A DNA stretch of 63,968 nt, the filler included, from Octopus bimaculoides (Eukaryota): assembly GCF_001194135.2 (NCBI RefSeq). It is 4 parts of 4 records of this genome, joined end to end, with 100 filler letters (N's around TTAATTAATTAA, not from the genome) between each part and the next. Parts side by side here need not be neighbours in the genome. Positions count along the whole stretch, not along the records: positions 26,072 to 46,573 come from NC_068998.1; 3 more parts are not named here. One strand, given 5' to 3'. The translations under genes and the position numbers were made by a program. The stretch's first letter is position 1. Each line of letters opens with the position of its first letter. Shown in pieces: positions 27,075-40,336 of the stretch. The notes below the pieces were generated by a model that had not been told where the DNA came from, did no database searches, and was given only the letters and a program-made list of their open reading frames with translations.

Positions 27075-27180
27075 CTATGTTTCTGCCCAATGCATTGAGT
27101 AGATTTGGTAGGTTGAAAATATATCGTTATATATATTTTCAACCTACCAATTCTACTCAATGCATTGGGCAGAGACATAG
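27075..27180. repeat. 50-bp-arm hairpin (2 mismatches, 6-nt loop) made from decayed SINE-A sequence
   Basis: ctatgtttctgcccaatgcattgagtagatttggtaggttgaaaatatat pairs with 27131-27180. Confidence 0.9.
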
Positions 27181-28036
27181 TATATATATATNNNNNNNNN
27201 NNNNNNNNNNNNNNNNNNNNNNNNNNNNNNNNNNNNNNNNNNNNNNNNNNNNNNNNNNNNNNNNNNNNNNNNNNNNNNNNNNNNNNNNNNNNNNNNNNNN
27301 NNNGCGAAATGCTTAGTGGTATTTCGTCTGCCTTTACGTTTTGAGTTCAAATTCTGCCGAGGTCGACTTTGCCTTTCATCCTTTCAGGGTTGATAAATTA
27401 AGTACCAGTTGCGTACTGGGTCGATTTAATCGACACCCCCCTCCCCCAAAATTTCGGGCCTTGTCCCTGGAGTAGAAAAGAAACGTACATAATACTTAAA
27501 GTTACGAATTGTCGGAATCTTTAGCACGTGGGACAAAATGCTTAGCGACATTTCGTTCGTTTTTACGTTTCTGCGTTCAAATTCTACCGAAGTTGACATT
27601 GCTTTCAATCCTTTCGGGGTGCATAAAATAAGTACCAGTTGAGCACTGAGGTTGATGTAATCGACTTAGATACTTCCCCGAATTTGCTGGCCTTGTGACA
27701 AAATTTAAAACCAATATTTAAAGCAATCTAGCTGTATATTACAAAACATTACAAAGGAATCTTAACTATAGCAATTAACTATTATTTTATAAGGAAAAAA
27801 AGAAAAAAACAAGTTAATAGTACAGAACATATGGAGTTAGTCTGGGTAAGAGAGGCCTTTGGATTAAAATTAGTCTGTAGAAGTGAGCACCAGGGTCAAT
27901 ATTAATTTATGGAAGGCCTAACCTCTCATACTGGACCCGGGGTGATTTTTTTTAAAGAAAAGTGTGTTTTATTTGCCATCAAATACGGTTGGTTCTTGTC
28001 ACTCATCCACTTACACGGGCAGAGTAAGTCTCTCTC

Positions 28037-28088
<52 letters not shown>

Positions 28089-28253
28089 TAAACAGCAATT
28101 CTCTCTCTCACACACATAGTCTCTCTCATACATATACACACACACACATGCAAACTCTCTCTTTCTCTCACTATTTTTGTCACACACACACATATACATA
28201 CACACATCAACTCTGTCACAGACATATATATACCCAGAGTAACTCTCACTTTT

Positions 28254-28296
<43 letters not shown>

Positions 28297-28876
28297 TTCA
28301 CACACCCACACACACAAATCCCCAGAAATAAATGAACAATCATCTTTCAAATAAGAATCGCCAAAGGTATATCACACCATCACACACACACACACACACA
28401 CACAACGTTCGCCACCCTGAACGTCTGCCAATTCAGAAGTATTTATCTAATACCATCTTTACTCCACCCCTTTCGTACTCCACCTTCACACCCTCAGTTG
28501 GCGACCATAATAAAGACAACTCCTTAATTTAACCCCTTAAACATATACAAAGAACGGGGACTAAAAAGAAACGTCCCCAAAATAATAAAAAATAAAAAAG
28601 CAGCCATTTTCTTTTTATTTTTGTGGTGAAAATTTGAGAAGAACAGCGGATGAATTGGGTGGCTTTTTTCATTGGTGGGAGTCCTGGTTGGAAGTGGTGG
28701 TAGTGGTAGTGATGATGGTACAGGCTGGAGAGGCTAATCAGCTACATCAGTCACCTATCACTCTTATACACACTCGCAAACACACGCACACACAGGTAGA
28801 GAAATACAGACGCGCGCGCATACATATTTAACTGTCTGCTTATCTGTCTATCTGTAGACGTGAGTGTATGCGTGTG

Positions 28877-28907
<31 letters not shown>

Positions 28908-29719
28908 TTGTGTGTGTGCATGTGTGTGTTTATATATACTTGCATATGCATTTGTGTATGTATATATGTATGTGTATATATNNNNNNNNNNNNNNNNNNN
29001 NNNNNNNNNNNNNNNNNNNNNNNNNNNNNNNNNNNNNNNNNNNNNNNNNNNNNNNNNNNNNNNNNNNNNNNNNNNNNNNNNNNNNNNNNNNNNNNNNNNN
29101 NNNNNNNNNNNNNNNNNNNNNNNNNNNNNNNNNNNNNNNNNNNNNNNNNNNNNNNNNNNNNNNNNNNNNNNNNNNNNNNNNNNNNNNNNNNNNNNNNNNN
29201 NNNNNNNNNNNNNNNNNNNNNNNNNNNNNNNNNNNNNNNNNNNNNNNNNNNNNNNNNNNNNNNNNNNNNNNNNNNNNNNNNNNNNNNNNNNNNNNNNNNN
29301 NNNNNNNNNNNNNNNNNNNNNNNNNNNNNNNNNNNNNNNNNNNNNNNNNNNNNNNNNNNNNNNNNNNNNNNNNNNNNNNNNNNNNNNNNNNNNNNNNNNN
29401 NNNNNNNNNNNNNNNNNNNNNNNNNNNNNNNNNNNNNNNNNNNNNNNNNNNAAAGAGAGGAGAGATAGGGAGAGGGTGATAACATATATCTACCCCACCC
29501 TCATAACAAGCTGTCTTAACATCTTGTCAGTCTGGACATCTGTCTGCCTCTCTGCCTGCCTGTCTGTCTCTCTCCCTATCTCTCTCTCTCTCTCTCACTT
29601 CCCTATCTGCATCTCTTTTTCACTTTTGACCATTTAACGCCCGTCTACAATCACACTGTCACCTTTTATCTTGTTCCACCTTTCTCACACATCATATTTC
29701 TATCATTCCCTACCATACT

Positions 29720-29758
<39 letters not shown>

Positions 29759-31010
29759 TTCTCATTTTGTTTCCTCCACCATTTTTTTCCGTCCAAGAAG
29801 ACAGTAACATTGATCGTTATAGTTTTCAATACAGCTTTTCTTTTTATCTCTCCATCACCCATTTTGCCATCTTTGGCCATTCTTTTACTTTATCTGTTTC
29901 TCTGTCTCCCACTCACTCTCTCTTCCTCCCTCTCTCTCGTTCTCCCTCTATCTATCTGTCCATCTATCTATGCTTGTACGTAGATATCCATTTCTTTGGC
30001 TAGCTGGCTGTCCTTCCTCCTCGTCAGTCTATCTCTCTATCTGTCTGTTTCTTTCTTATCATATATGTTTGTGCGTGCTTGTATCTTTCTCTCACTGTAT
30101 ATGAGTGCGTGTGTGAAAATTTTTATAATTCTATCCAATATTTGAAAAGAAATTTAATTAAAAAACTTCAAAAAAAAAAACCATAGACTAACACAAACCT
30201 GATGGAAAAGTAGTTTTGTGTGTAAGCGCTTTCCTTGGCTTCAGTTTTTCAAATAGGCCCTTGTTACTGTTTTCTTTTAAAATTTCATTAATATTTCATT
30301 ATTTAATTCTTTTCAAATATATAAGAATGCATGAATGTGTGTGTGACTGTGTGTGTCTGTGTGTTCACTGGTTCCTGTCATTTGATGGTTACTATTTTGG
30401 GGCCTTATCTTCAAGACACAGAATACATATTTGCGTCTCAAATTTACTTTGTCGATCTCAACACTTGGGAGTCTAGAATTTTTACTCGTAAATTAACGCA
30501 GTTTCTAAGAGGCTCCGGACGTGTTAATCTTCAATCTTGCATTAGTCTTCAATCTTCTATCAATTATCATTCATTCCCCTATCTTTCCATAGCTATCTCA
30601 CTCCTTATATATTTACAATTCTCTCTTCACCTCTTTCTGCTACACTATCGCCCTCTCTTCTCCGTCATGTCTTTGATGGACATCAATATCAGTCAGCGTT
30701 CCTTTCGTCACTTCAAACTTCAAAAACGACAAACGAAAGTTGTAGCTGAAGAAAAAAGACCATATTACTGAGTTAGCAATAAACGCAGGCAACTGGCACG
30801 ACGGATCCTTAAAACATGCATGTATGTATAATACAAAGAGACGACACCGGAAAAAAACAAATGTTATGTCATGAACATCATTGGCTTGCATCTGTTTCTG
30901 CTATAAGTTGTGGTGGACTCCTGGTTGAGTATCAGGATAACATCTTATAGCTTTACCAGAACCGATTATTAGTCTCATTATTCACTATGCTTAAGCGAAA
31001 TATTAATATA

Positions 31011-31070
<60 letters not shown>

Positions 31071-31527
31071 TATTTGTGTGTGTTTTATCTTTTACTTGCT
31101 TCAGTGATTAGACTGTGGCCAAGCTGGGACACTGCCTTGTAAAATTTTTATAGGAACGAAAACCTGGTTCTTATTCTATCCGTAACTTTTGCCGAACCGC
31201 TATATTATGGACACATAAGCACACAAACAGCGGTTGTCAACATTGAGGTGGGGAACACAAAGACACACACATGACAGGCTTCTTTCAGTTTCCCTTTACC
31301 AAGTCCAATCAAGACTCCTTGTTTTGCTCGGGGTTATAGTAGAAGACTCTTGTGCAAGGTGCCATGCAGTGCGACAGAACCGGGAACCATGTACTTCAAA
31401 GTAAACTTCTTAGCGCACAGCCACCCCCACGCCTAGATGTAGAAGACTGTTTGTTTTTTCATTTTCGTATGTATAGTTATTAGCTCTGTGCATGCATGTA
31501 TGCATGTGTATGCACGGGTGCAATGCG

Positions 31528-31618
<91 letters not shown>

Positions 31619-32171
31619 GTGTTCAGGTATATATAAGCGAGTCAGAATGTAAACATATGTACATACGTAATGGAGAGAGACAAAGAAAAAAATTAAAGAG
31701 AGGAGGTGGGAGATGACGAAGGGTGGGTGTGAGAACGGAAACGTGTATGCGCGTGTGTATATGTGTGTTTGTGTTTTCGTCTGTATGCACGTGAGAATAC
31801 GTGTATGAGAGTGTTTGCGTGTACGTGTATGTGTAGACCTGTGGGTCTGTGTGTGTGTGTGTACGTGCTTGTCCCTGTATGAATGTTTATATGTGTGTAG
31901 TTGTGTGTGTCACGTGATAGCGAGCGTGCGTGTATGTCTGTGTATCTTCATGTGTGCGCACGTGAGTGCGGATGTATGTATGGGCACGCTCGCGTGTGTC
32001 TATGTGCGTACGTGTGTGTGCGTGTCCCCGTTTCTGTGTGCACGTGTGTGTGCACATTAGTGCATGCGCTTTCATGTAAGTGTTCGGGTGTGTGAATGTG
32101 TTCTTGTGCATCTGTGATAGTGTGCTAGGGAACGCATGCGTGTGCGTGTGCGTGTGCGTGTGCGTGTGCGT

Positions 32172-32211
<40 letters not shown>

Positions 32212-33222
32212 GTGTGTGTGTGTTGGGCAAACAAGCAAAATGGCTATTTAATCGACTGTTTACGTTTGAGGTCAATCTACTCACAGATGGATGCGGCACG
32301 TGACCACCAGCAGTAGCACCAGCAGCCGCCAGGAACTGTGGGTAATAGCAGTCAGGAACGAGATTGAAACCCCTCGAGGGGAATGCGTCGCTGCTGTTGC
32401 TGTTGCCGTTGTTTCTGCCTTAGTTATACCCTTCTTTGTTATCTATTTTTTTAGCATATCGTTTTATATATTTATTTATTTAATCGTTATGCTGTGTTTG
32501 TTGTTAGAATGGGTGGAGGTGGTATGCGAAGTGATGAGGTGATGAGGACGGACTGAAGAGGATGAAGTGAGGGAGATGATAGGTTTGTCAAAGCGAGAGA
32601 AGAAGAAATGGGTTAACGGAGGTAGTAAGAGGAAAGGTGGGGCTCGGATGAGGGGTGAGTATAAGAGAAAAATGAAAATGAAAGTGAAAGTTAGGTGAAG
32701 TGAGAGGAACGTGCTAGTTTTTATGTGTTATTTTATTTTATTTTATTTTAAAAAATAATGTTAGGGTTGTGCTCTGCCCATCTGTGTTCATTATTGACAG
32801 CATAGGGGCATCGATTAATAAGGGTTGGGTGGGGTAAGAGGGTGGATAGGTAGGTAGGTAGGTAGGTAGGTAGGTAGGTAGGTAGGTAGGTAGAGAAGAG
32901 TTGTGGATAGAAACGTGGTAGTGATTAGGTTAGAAATAGAGGAAGGAAGAGCGTAGTGAGAGGAGAGGGAGAGAAAGGAGAGGAGAGGGAAGAGTAAAAG
33001 GGAACATGTCTATGAAGGAAAGAAACAGAACAAAGAAGAGAAAGAGTGAGAGAGAGAGAGACGGAGAAGGAGACAGAGACGGAGAATATTTATCTTTATG
33101 AAAGAAGATGGAAGAATAAAGAAGAGAGTGAGAAAGAAAGGGAAGACTGAGAAAGAAGGGGGAATTGCGAAGAGGAAGAAAGACGAGGTAGATGGGGTGT
33201 GAGGAGACGGTGATAGATAGAT

Positions 33223-33267
<45 letters not shown>

Positions 33268-33284
33268 NNNNNNNNNNNNNNNNN

Positions 33285-33393
<109 letters not shown>

Positions 33394-34539
33394 TCGCTGC
33401 TAAGGTTTCATCCAGCTGACCTGACTGATGGATAGGCATAATCCATAGAGCGCTGGACAAAATTCTTGGACATGTTTTGTTACGAAGTTTTGCTCTCTGT
33501 GTTCAAACCTAACTGACGTCTACTTTCTCTTTTATAATTTATCCAGATTCAGTATAAAAACGAAAACCATTCAGGTACTGGGAACGACATCAACGACTGT
33601 ACTCGTCATTTTAATTCCTGGTTAGCAACAAAAGCAGCATTAGTACAGAATAGCATGTATCTAACTTAGTGTGGATATACAATCGAAAGTCGCAAAATTG
33701 CAGTATTCATCCGAAGAGTTCCGTATAGAGGTAAAGTGTTAAAAAGCACAGAAGTGTAATAGCAACAGATGAAAAGACTCCATCAGCGATGGCGGAATTG
33801 CTAAACCATGATTTCTGTGTCTTCTGAAAGTATCCAGAATCATCCTCATCTTTAGACAAATTTCACTTCCATTAATATAAGGAAAAAAAAAACTCCGAAA
33901 ACAAAAGCAAAAGCTAAACAGTGAATAAGGAATCACTGGTGTTGCTAATAGGGAGTGGGCTTCGTATAAATTCGTTACTGACGACAGAGGCAGTCTTGGT
34001 TCAGAATAGTATTCTGTATATGTTACTGAATGTGGATATATTGTAGAAAGTTACAATACTGCGGTGTTCGTCGAGAGAAAACATCTCCTACAGACGCGTA
34101 GAGCTAGAAAGCAGACACGTGTATCAGAAGCAGACGGAAAGTGTCCAAATGACACTCCGTCGGTTGCGACGATGAGGGTTCCGATCAACTGGATAGTTAA
34201 GAAGAAAGAAAGAAGAAAAGAAGGGAGGAAAGAGAGAACGGGAGGAAGAATGGAGGTAATAGAGAAGGGAGAAAAGAAAGAGGGAAAGGAAGAAAGAGAG
34301 AAACAATGAAAGAAAGAAAGAACAACGAAAGAACGAAGAAGTGAGAGAAAGAAAATAAGAAAAAAGAATGAAAGAAAAGAAGGAAAAGAAGAGGGAAATA
34401 AAGTGAGAAAAAGAGAGAGAGAGAAAGAGAGAGAGAGAGGAAAGAGAAAAGAAAGTAAGGAAGAAAGAACGAAATGGAGCGTTGAGTCTAACTCCATAAA
34501 TCTCGTCATATATTCCGCATTAGCAGCGTTATTCACAAC

Positions 34540-34572
34540 AACAACAGCAACAACAACAACAACAGCAACAGC

Positions 34573-34603
<31 letters not shown>

Positions 34604-34655
34604 GCAACAACAACAACAACAACAACAACAACAGCAACAACAACAATAACAACAA
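34540..34655. repeat. (AAC)n microsatellite with interspersed AGC
   Basis: Direct reading of the sequence. Confidence 0.9.
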
Positions 34656-34793
34656 TGGCCGTAAGAACGAAACAAGCGGCTGATAAACCTAAACGTTTGT
34701 GGCTATGCTTGTCTGAGTGTGTGTGTACGTATGTGTGTGTACATGTATTTATGTGTGTATGTTCGTACGTACGTGTGTGTGTGTGTGTGTGTA

Positions 34794-34825
<32 letters not shown>

Positions 34826-35190
34826 TGTGTGTGTGTGTGTTATTTGCTGCAGTTTGATGTCGCGTTCAAACAGATACGAAGATAATTTAAGTTCTAATAC
34901 AAAGCAGAACATACGCAACAACGGAAACAAATTCTAAAGATAAAAACGGCCATTTATTGCGCTCCCTATTTTGGTAAATATATTAAATGATCTCTTCATT
35001 AGCAGAAACAGTGAATAAAAATGAAAAAGATAAAAACATTTTGTACGATATCATTTATCTCATTTGTATCTCCGTTAAAACGAGGTAATAGATATCGTCC
35101 ATTAGCAAAGCACAAAGTTGTCGATACATGTGTATGTGTGTATGTATTATGTGGTGTTGTTTGTATGCATTTGTTTGTGTGTCTGTTGGT

Positions 35191-35222
<32 letters not shown>

Positions 35223-35415
35223 ATTTGTATATGTTATCAGTCTGACCGAAGGGGAGATAATTCAATTGTCTCAATGAACGTCATCTAAATGAGTTCACGG
35301 AAACATTTTTGGATGGTTGCACACACAATTCTAGTATACATATATACTAATATATAATATATAATATGTACATACATACATGTACATATATGTATATGTG
35401 TGTGTGTGTGTGTGC

Positions 35416-35455
<40 letters not shown>

Positions 35456-35508
35456 AAATTTTTCCCAGCAAAACTTGTAGGCCAGAACTACGCAATCCTC
35501 TCAATAGA

Positions 35509-35723
35509 CAAGGGAGTGCTGCAAAGTTCCTGGTTTTGGGTAAAAGACAATACAAGAGGACCAGATAATTATGATTCATTCAACAAATTCCCCTCTCAGG
35601 TGCATACACTTATTCCAGCGGTCTTTCAGTTATTCTAAGTCCTGTAAAAGAAATCGGAAGTTTGGGCTTCCAACCGGGTCTTCCGCGAAGCTCTTAATGC
35701 CCAAAACTTCTCATCACCCCTCG
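35509..35723. mobile_element. Mariner-type MITE
   Basis: Imperfect TIRs caagggagtgctgcaaagttcc and aaaacttctcatcacccctcg|TA. Confidence 0.6.
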
Positions 35724-36459
35724 TACAATACAGTTGTGTATTTCTTTCGAATTCTGGCAGCCAATATACTTGTTATTATTTTTTCATCTGTCGTTAGATC
35801 GTTGGGGTGATCTTGAGAAGTAAATTGCAGATAAATAACTAGATAAACACAAAATTTTGTACATAAATAAATAAACTGCACTAAAGCAGTATGACTACCA
35901 GGTGGGAAGGAATCTTTTTCTGCACTACAGAGGAATTTGGATGTGTGTGTATTGAAATTTATATGTACAAATTCTATCCAAACGGAAAATATTTTTAGAA
36001 ATCGGAAAATATGCAAGAAATGGAAAGTGAACAGAAACAGATGCACTAAGTTGGCAACCATCGTCTTTTGGTATCGCATTGTGTGGCGACCCGTGACCGA
36101 TCTATTATTCCTCTCTGATCTCGTTCCCGTGACGAACTTATTTGTTATGAGCCTGGAATGGTTTTGTGATGTTTGCTTTTGTTGCTATTATTGATGGTAT
36201 ACATGCAATGCACGCACGTACACGCACACACACATATGTATATGTATATACATGTGTGTGCGTGTATGTGTGTATGTATGTATATATGCATATATACATA
36301 TATATATATATATATATACATACATATATGTACATGTATGTATGTATATATATATAGAATTACATATATATATGAATATATATAAGTATTTTTGTGTGTG
36401 TTTAAGATCTTCATCCTTTACCATTTAAATAGCTACAACACAGATATAACACAGCACCA

Positions 36460-37590
36460 ACTTTAACCACCACCAACACCAACACCAGCCGCACCTTCGC
36501 TCCCCGCCGTAACCGCTTCGGCGCTGTTAACGATTTGGCGTTATCTCTCACCTTATATACCACCGATATTAATTACACAGCTTCTGCTGTACATCTTCCT
36601 CCCCTCCTCCATCACCACCACCACCACCACTTCCACCGTTGCCGCCGCCACCACCACCACCCCTGTCGCCGCCGTACTACTCAATTAACTTCTTTAAACA
36701 CTTCCCGACCCTCCACCAGTATGGCCATCACGATGAAGACCCGATTATTGCATTAACAATCTCTTCAGCCAAAACCAGATGACCGCTGGTCACCATCACC
36801 GTCACCATCAACATCAACATCAACAGCACCAACATCAACATATTACTATCACCGCTACCACCACCACCAACAACAACACCATCCCCACCGTCATCATCAC
36901 TACGATACCTAACATCGCCAGCACCACCGCCATCGTAACCTTCATCACGGCCACCATTCAACGCCACGACCACCAACGCCTGCGCCACTGCACCGCTGCG
37001 TCACCACCGACAACCACCGACACCAGCACAACCACCACCACCACCACCACCACCACNNNNNNNNNNNNNNNNNNNNNNNNNNNNNNNNNNNNNNNNNNNN
37101 NNNNNNNNNNNNNNNNNNNNNNNNNNNNNNNNNNNNNNNNNNNNNNNNNNNNNNNNNNNNNNNNNNNNNNNNNNNNNNNNNNNNNNNNNNNNNNNNNNNN
37201 NNNNNNNNNNNNNNNNNNNNNNNNNNNNNNNNNNNNNNNNNNNNNNNNNNNNNNNNNNNNNNNNNNNNNNNNNNNNNNNNNNNNNNNNNNNNNNNNNNNN
37301 NNNNNNNNNNNNNNNNNNNNNNNNNNNNNNNNNNNNNNNNNNNNNNNNNNNNNNNNNNNNNNNNNNNNNNNNNNNNNNNNNNNNNNNNNNNNNNNNNNNN
37401 NNNNNNNNNNNNNNNNNNNNNNNNNNNNNNNNNNNNNNNNNNNNNNNNNNNNNNNNNNNNNNNNNNNNNNNNNNNNNNNNNNNNNNNNNNNNNNNNNNNN
37501 TTAATCAGTCATAACAAGCCACGACTCGAGTCACACTGCATTCAAGTCAGCGATCCCGTCGCCACCACCGCCACCGCCATCTAAGATCAC

Positions 37591-37659
<69 letters not shown>

Positions 37660-38185
37660 CATCACCATCATCATCAACAACATCACCATCATCATCAACA
37701 ACATCACTAGGCCACAAATGCTTTCGCAACCACCACCACTACCACCATCATCCCCACCACCATCATCATCGTCGTCGTCATCGTTGTATTCATTATTATT
37801 ATCGTCATCATCACCACCATTATCATCTCCCCAGTCATCATCATCATCATCATCATCATCTTCATCATCACCATCATCGATATCGTCATCGTCTTCATCA
37901 TCCCTTTATCATACGACCCCTCCCCCATCATCGACAGGATTCTGTATATTCCAATGGCCGACTCCTTACTAACTACGCTAACCCCTAACCCCTAACCCTT
38001 ACCTTATTGCAGATCCCTATCTCTAGAACATTCTCCAGTCATTGCAGTCTCTTCGCCAACGATGTAACCACAACCAGCTTTTACCACCAGCAGAAATACG
38101 ACGGATGCTTTTACCGCCGCCAACGCCACCGCCGCTGCAGTCACCGCCCTCACGTCGCCACCACCACCACCACCACCACCACCAC
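36460..38185. repeat. Low-complexity (CAC/CCA)n and (CAT)n trinucleotide domain with N gaps
   Basis: Long runs of accacc/catcat; CpG-containing. Confidence 0.85.
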
Positions 38186-38945
38186 NNNNNNNNNNNNNNN
38201 NNNNNNNNNNNNNNNNNNNNNNNNNNNNNNNNNNNNNNNNNNNNNNNNNNNNNNNNNNNNNNNNNNNNNNNNNNNNNNNNNNNNNNNNNNNNNNNNNNNN
38301 NNNNNNNNNNNNNNNNNNNNNNNNNNNNNNNNNNNNNNNNNNNNNNNNNNNNNNNNNNNNNNNNNNNNNNNNNNNNNNNNNNNNNNNNNNNNNNNNNNNN
38401 NNNNNNNNNNNNNNNNNNNNNNNNNNNNNNNNNNNNNNNNNNNNNNNNNNNNNNNNNNNNNNNNNNNNNNNNNNNNNNNNNNNNNNNNNNNNNNNNNNNN
38501 NNNNNNNNNNNNNNNNNNNNNNNNNNNNNNNNNNNNNNNNNNNNNNNNNNNNNNNNNNNNNNNNNNNNNNNNNNNNNNNNNNNNNNNNNNNNNNNNNNNN
38601 NNNNNNNNNNNNNNNNNNNNNNNNNNNNNNNNNNNNNNNNNNNNNNNNNNNNNNNNNNNNNNNNNNNNNNNNNNNNNNNNNNNNNNNNNNNNNNNNNNNN
38701 NNNNNNNNNNNNNNNNNNNNNNNNNNNNNNNATATATATATATATATATATATATATATAACTATATATGTACATATGTATGTATGTAAGTATGTATGTA
38801 CACACACGCATACACATATATACACACATACATATATGTATGTACGCATGTATATAGAGTATGTTCAAAAAGGGAGAGAGAGGGATTGGGAGGAGGGACC
38901 AAGTTACAGACACAGAAAAAGAGATTTAAGTAGATAGAACCATGC

Positions 38946-39003
<58 letters not shown>

Positions 39004-39956
39004 GTCATCATCACCATCGTTTCCTCCTCTTTTTCTCTTCATGTGCGGTCATGAATTTTATGGAAAATAAAATAGCAATTAAGTAGNNNNNNNNNNNNNN
39101 NNNNNNNNNNNNNNNNNNNNNNNNNNNNNNNNNNNNNNNNNNNNNNNNNNNNNNNNNNNNNNNNNNNNNNNNNNNNNNNNNNNNNNNNNNNNNNNNNNNN
39201 NNNNNNNNNNNNNNNNNNNNNNNNNNNNNNNNNNNNNNNNNNNNNNNNNNNNNNNNNNNNNNNNNNNNNNNNNNNNNNNNNNNNNNNNNNNNNNNNNNNN
39301 NNNNNNNNNNNNNNNNNNNNNNNNNNNNNNNNNNNNNNNNNNNNNNNNNNNNNNNNNNNNNNNNNNNNNNNNNNNNNNNNNNNNNNNNNNNNNNNNNNNN
39401 NNNNNNNNNNNNNNNNNNNNNNNNNNNNNNNNNNNNNNNNNNNNNNNNNNNNNNNNNNNNNNNNNNNNNNNNNNNNNNNNNNNNNNNNNNNNNNNNNNNN
39501 NNNNNNNNNNNNNNNNNNNNNNNNNNNNNNNNNNNNNNNNNNNNNNNNNNNNNNNNNNNNNNNNNNNNNNNNNNNNNNNNNNNNNNNNNNNNNNNNNNNN
39601 NNNNNNNNNNNNNNNNNNNNNNNNNNNNNNNNNNNNNNNNNNNNNNNNNNNNNNNNNNNNNNNNNNNNNNNNNNNNNNNNNNNNNNNNNNNNNNNNNNNN
39701 NNNNNNNNNNNNNNNNNNNNNNNNNNNNNNNNNNNNNNNNNNNNNNNNNNNNNNNNNNNNNNNNNNNNNNNNNNNNNNNNNNNNNNNNNNNNNNNNNNNN
39801 NNNNNNNNNNNNNNNNNNNNNNNNNNNNNNNNNNNNNNNNNNNNNNNNNNNNNNNNNNNNNNNNNNNNNNNNNNNNNNNNNNNNNNNNNNNNNNNNNNNN
39901 NNNNNNNNNNNNNNNNNNNNNNNNNNNNNNNNNNNNNNNNNNNNNNNNNNNNNNNN

Positions 39957-40005
<49 letters not shown>

Positions 40006-40287
40006 TATAGATATAGAGATGTGCATTGGGCGGTATATATGTGTATGTAGATAAATGCGTGCGGGCGTATATGTGTGTGTATGTGTATGCATATATGTGT
40101 GTGTATGTGTATGTATGTAAGTATGAACGTATGCATATATATATATATGTTTATACATACCACTTCATGTACTTAATAATAGCAGCCACTCAGATCTTAC
40201 ATACAGACCAATTCCAATGTGCGCAGGGTATCATGAAAGCCATAGGGGTGTGGGTGGCGTGTATCGGCTAATCGAACAGAGATCTGT

Positions 40288-40336
40288 GTCACGTGACTAT
40301 TATTCTATACCAGCCAGCGAATGAACAACACGTGAC
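40288..40336. promoter_or_regulatory. Tandem E-box/CLEAR-like motifs (GTCACGTGAC; CACGTGAC)
   Basis: Two CACGTGAC cores 41 nt apart in a CpG-retaining unique island. Confidence 0.25.

Noticed and set aside
34064-34200. Exon-like segment after a long pyrimidine tract on the minus strand (LIGTLIVATDGVS)
   Set aside because: Matches the SINE family D tail (ggaaccctc.tcgtcg.aaccgacggagtg) with half of its internal hairpin deleted.
37976-38003. Telomere-like (CCCCTAA)2-CCCTTA
   Set aside because: Only 3-4 degenerate units; expected by chance in this low-complexity region.
36535-38180. Poly-His/Pro/Thr/Asp ORFs resembling transcription-factor low-complexity regions
   Set aside because: Every frame is trinucleotide-repeat translation, with no recognisable domain or consistent splice and phase structure.
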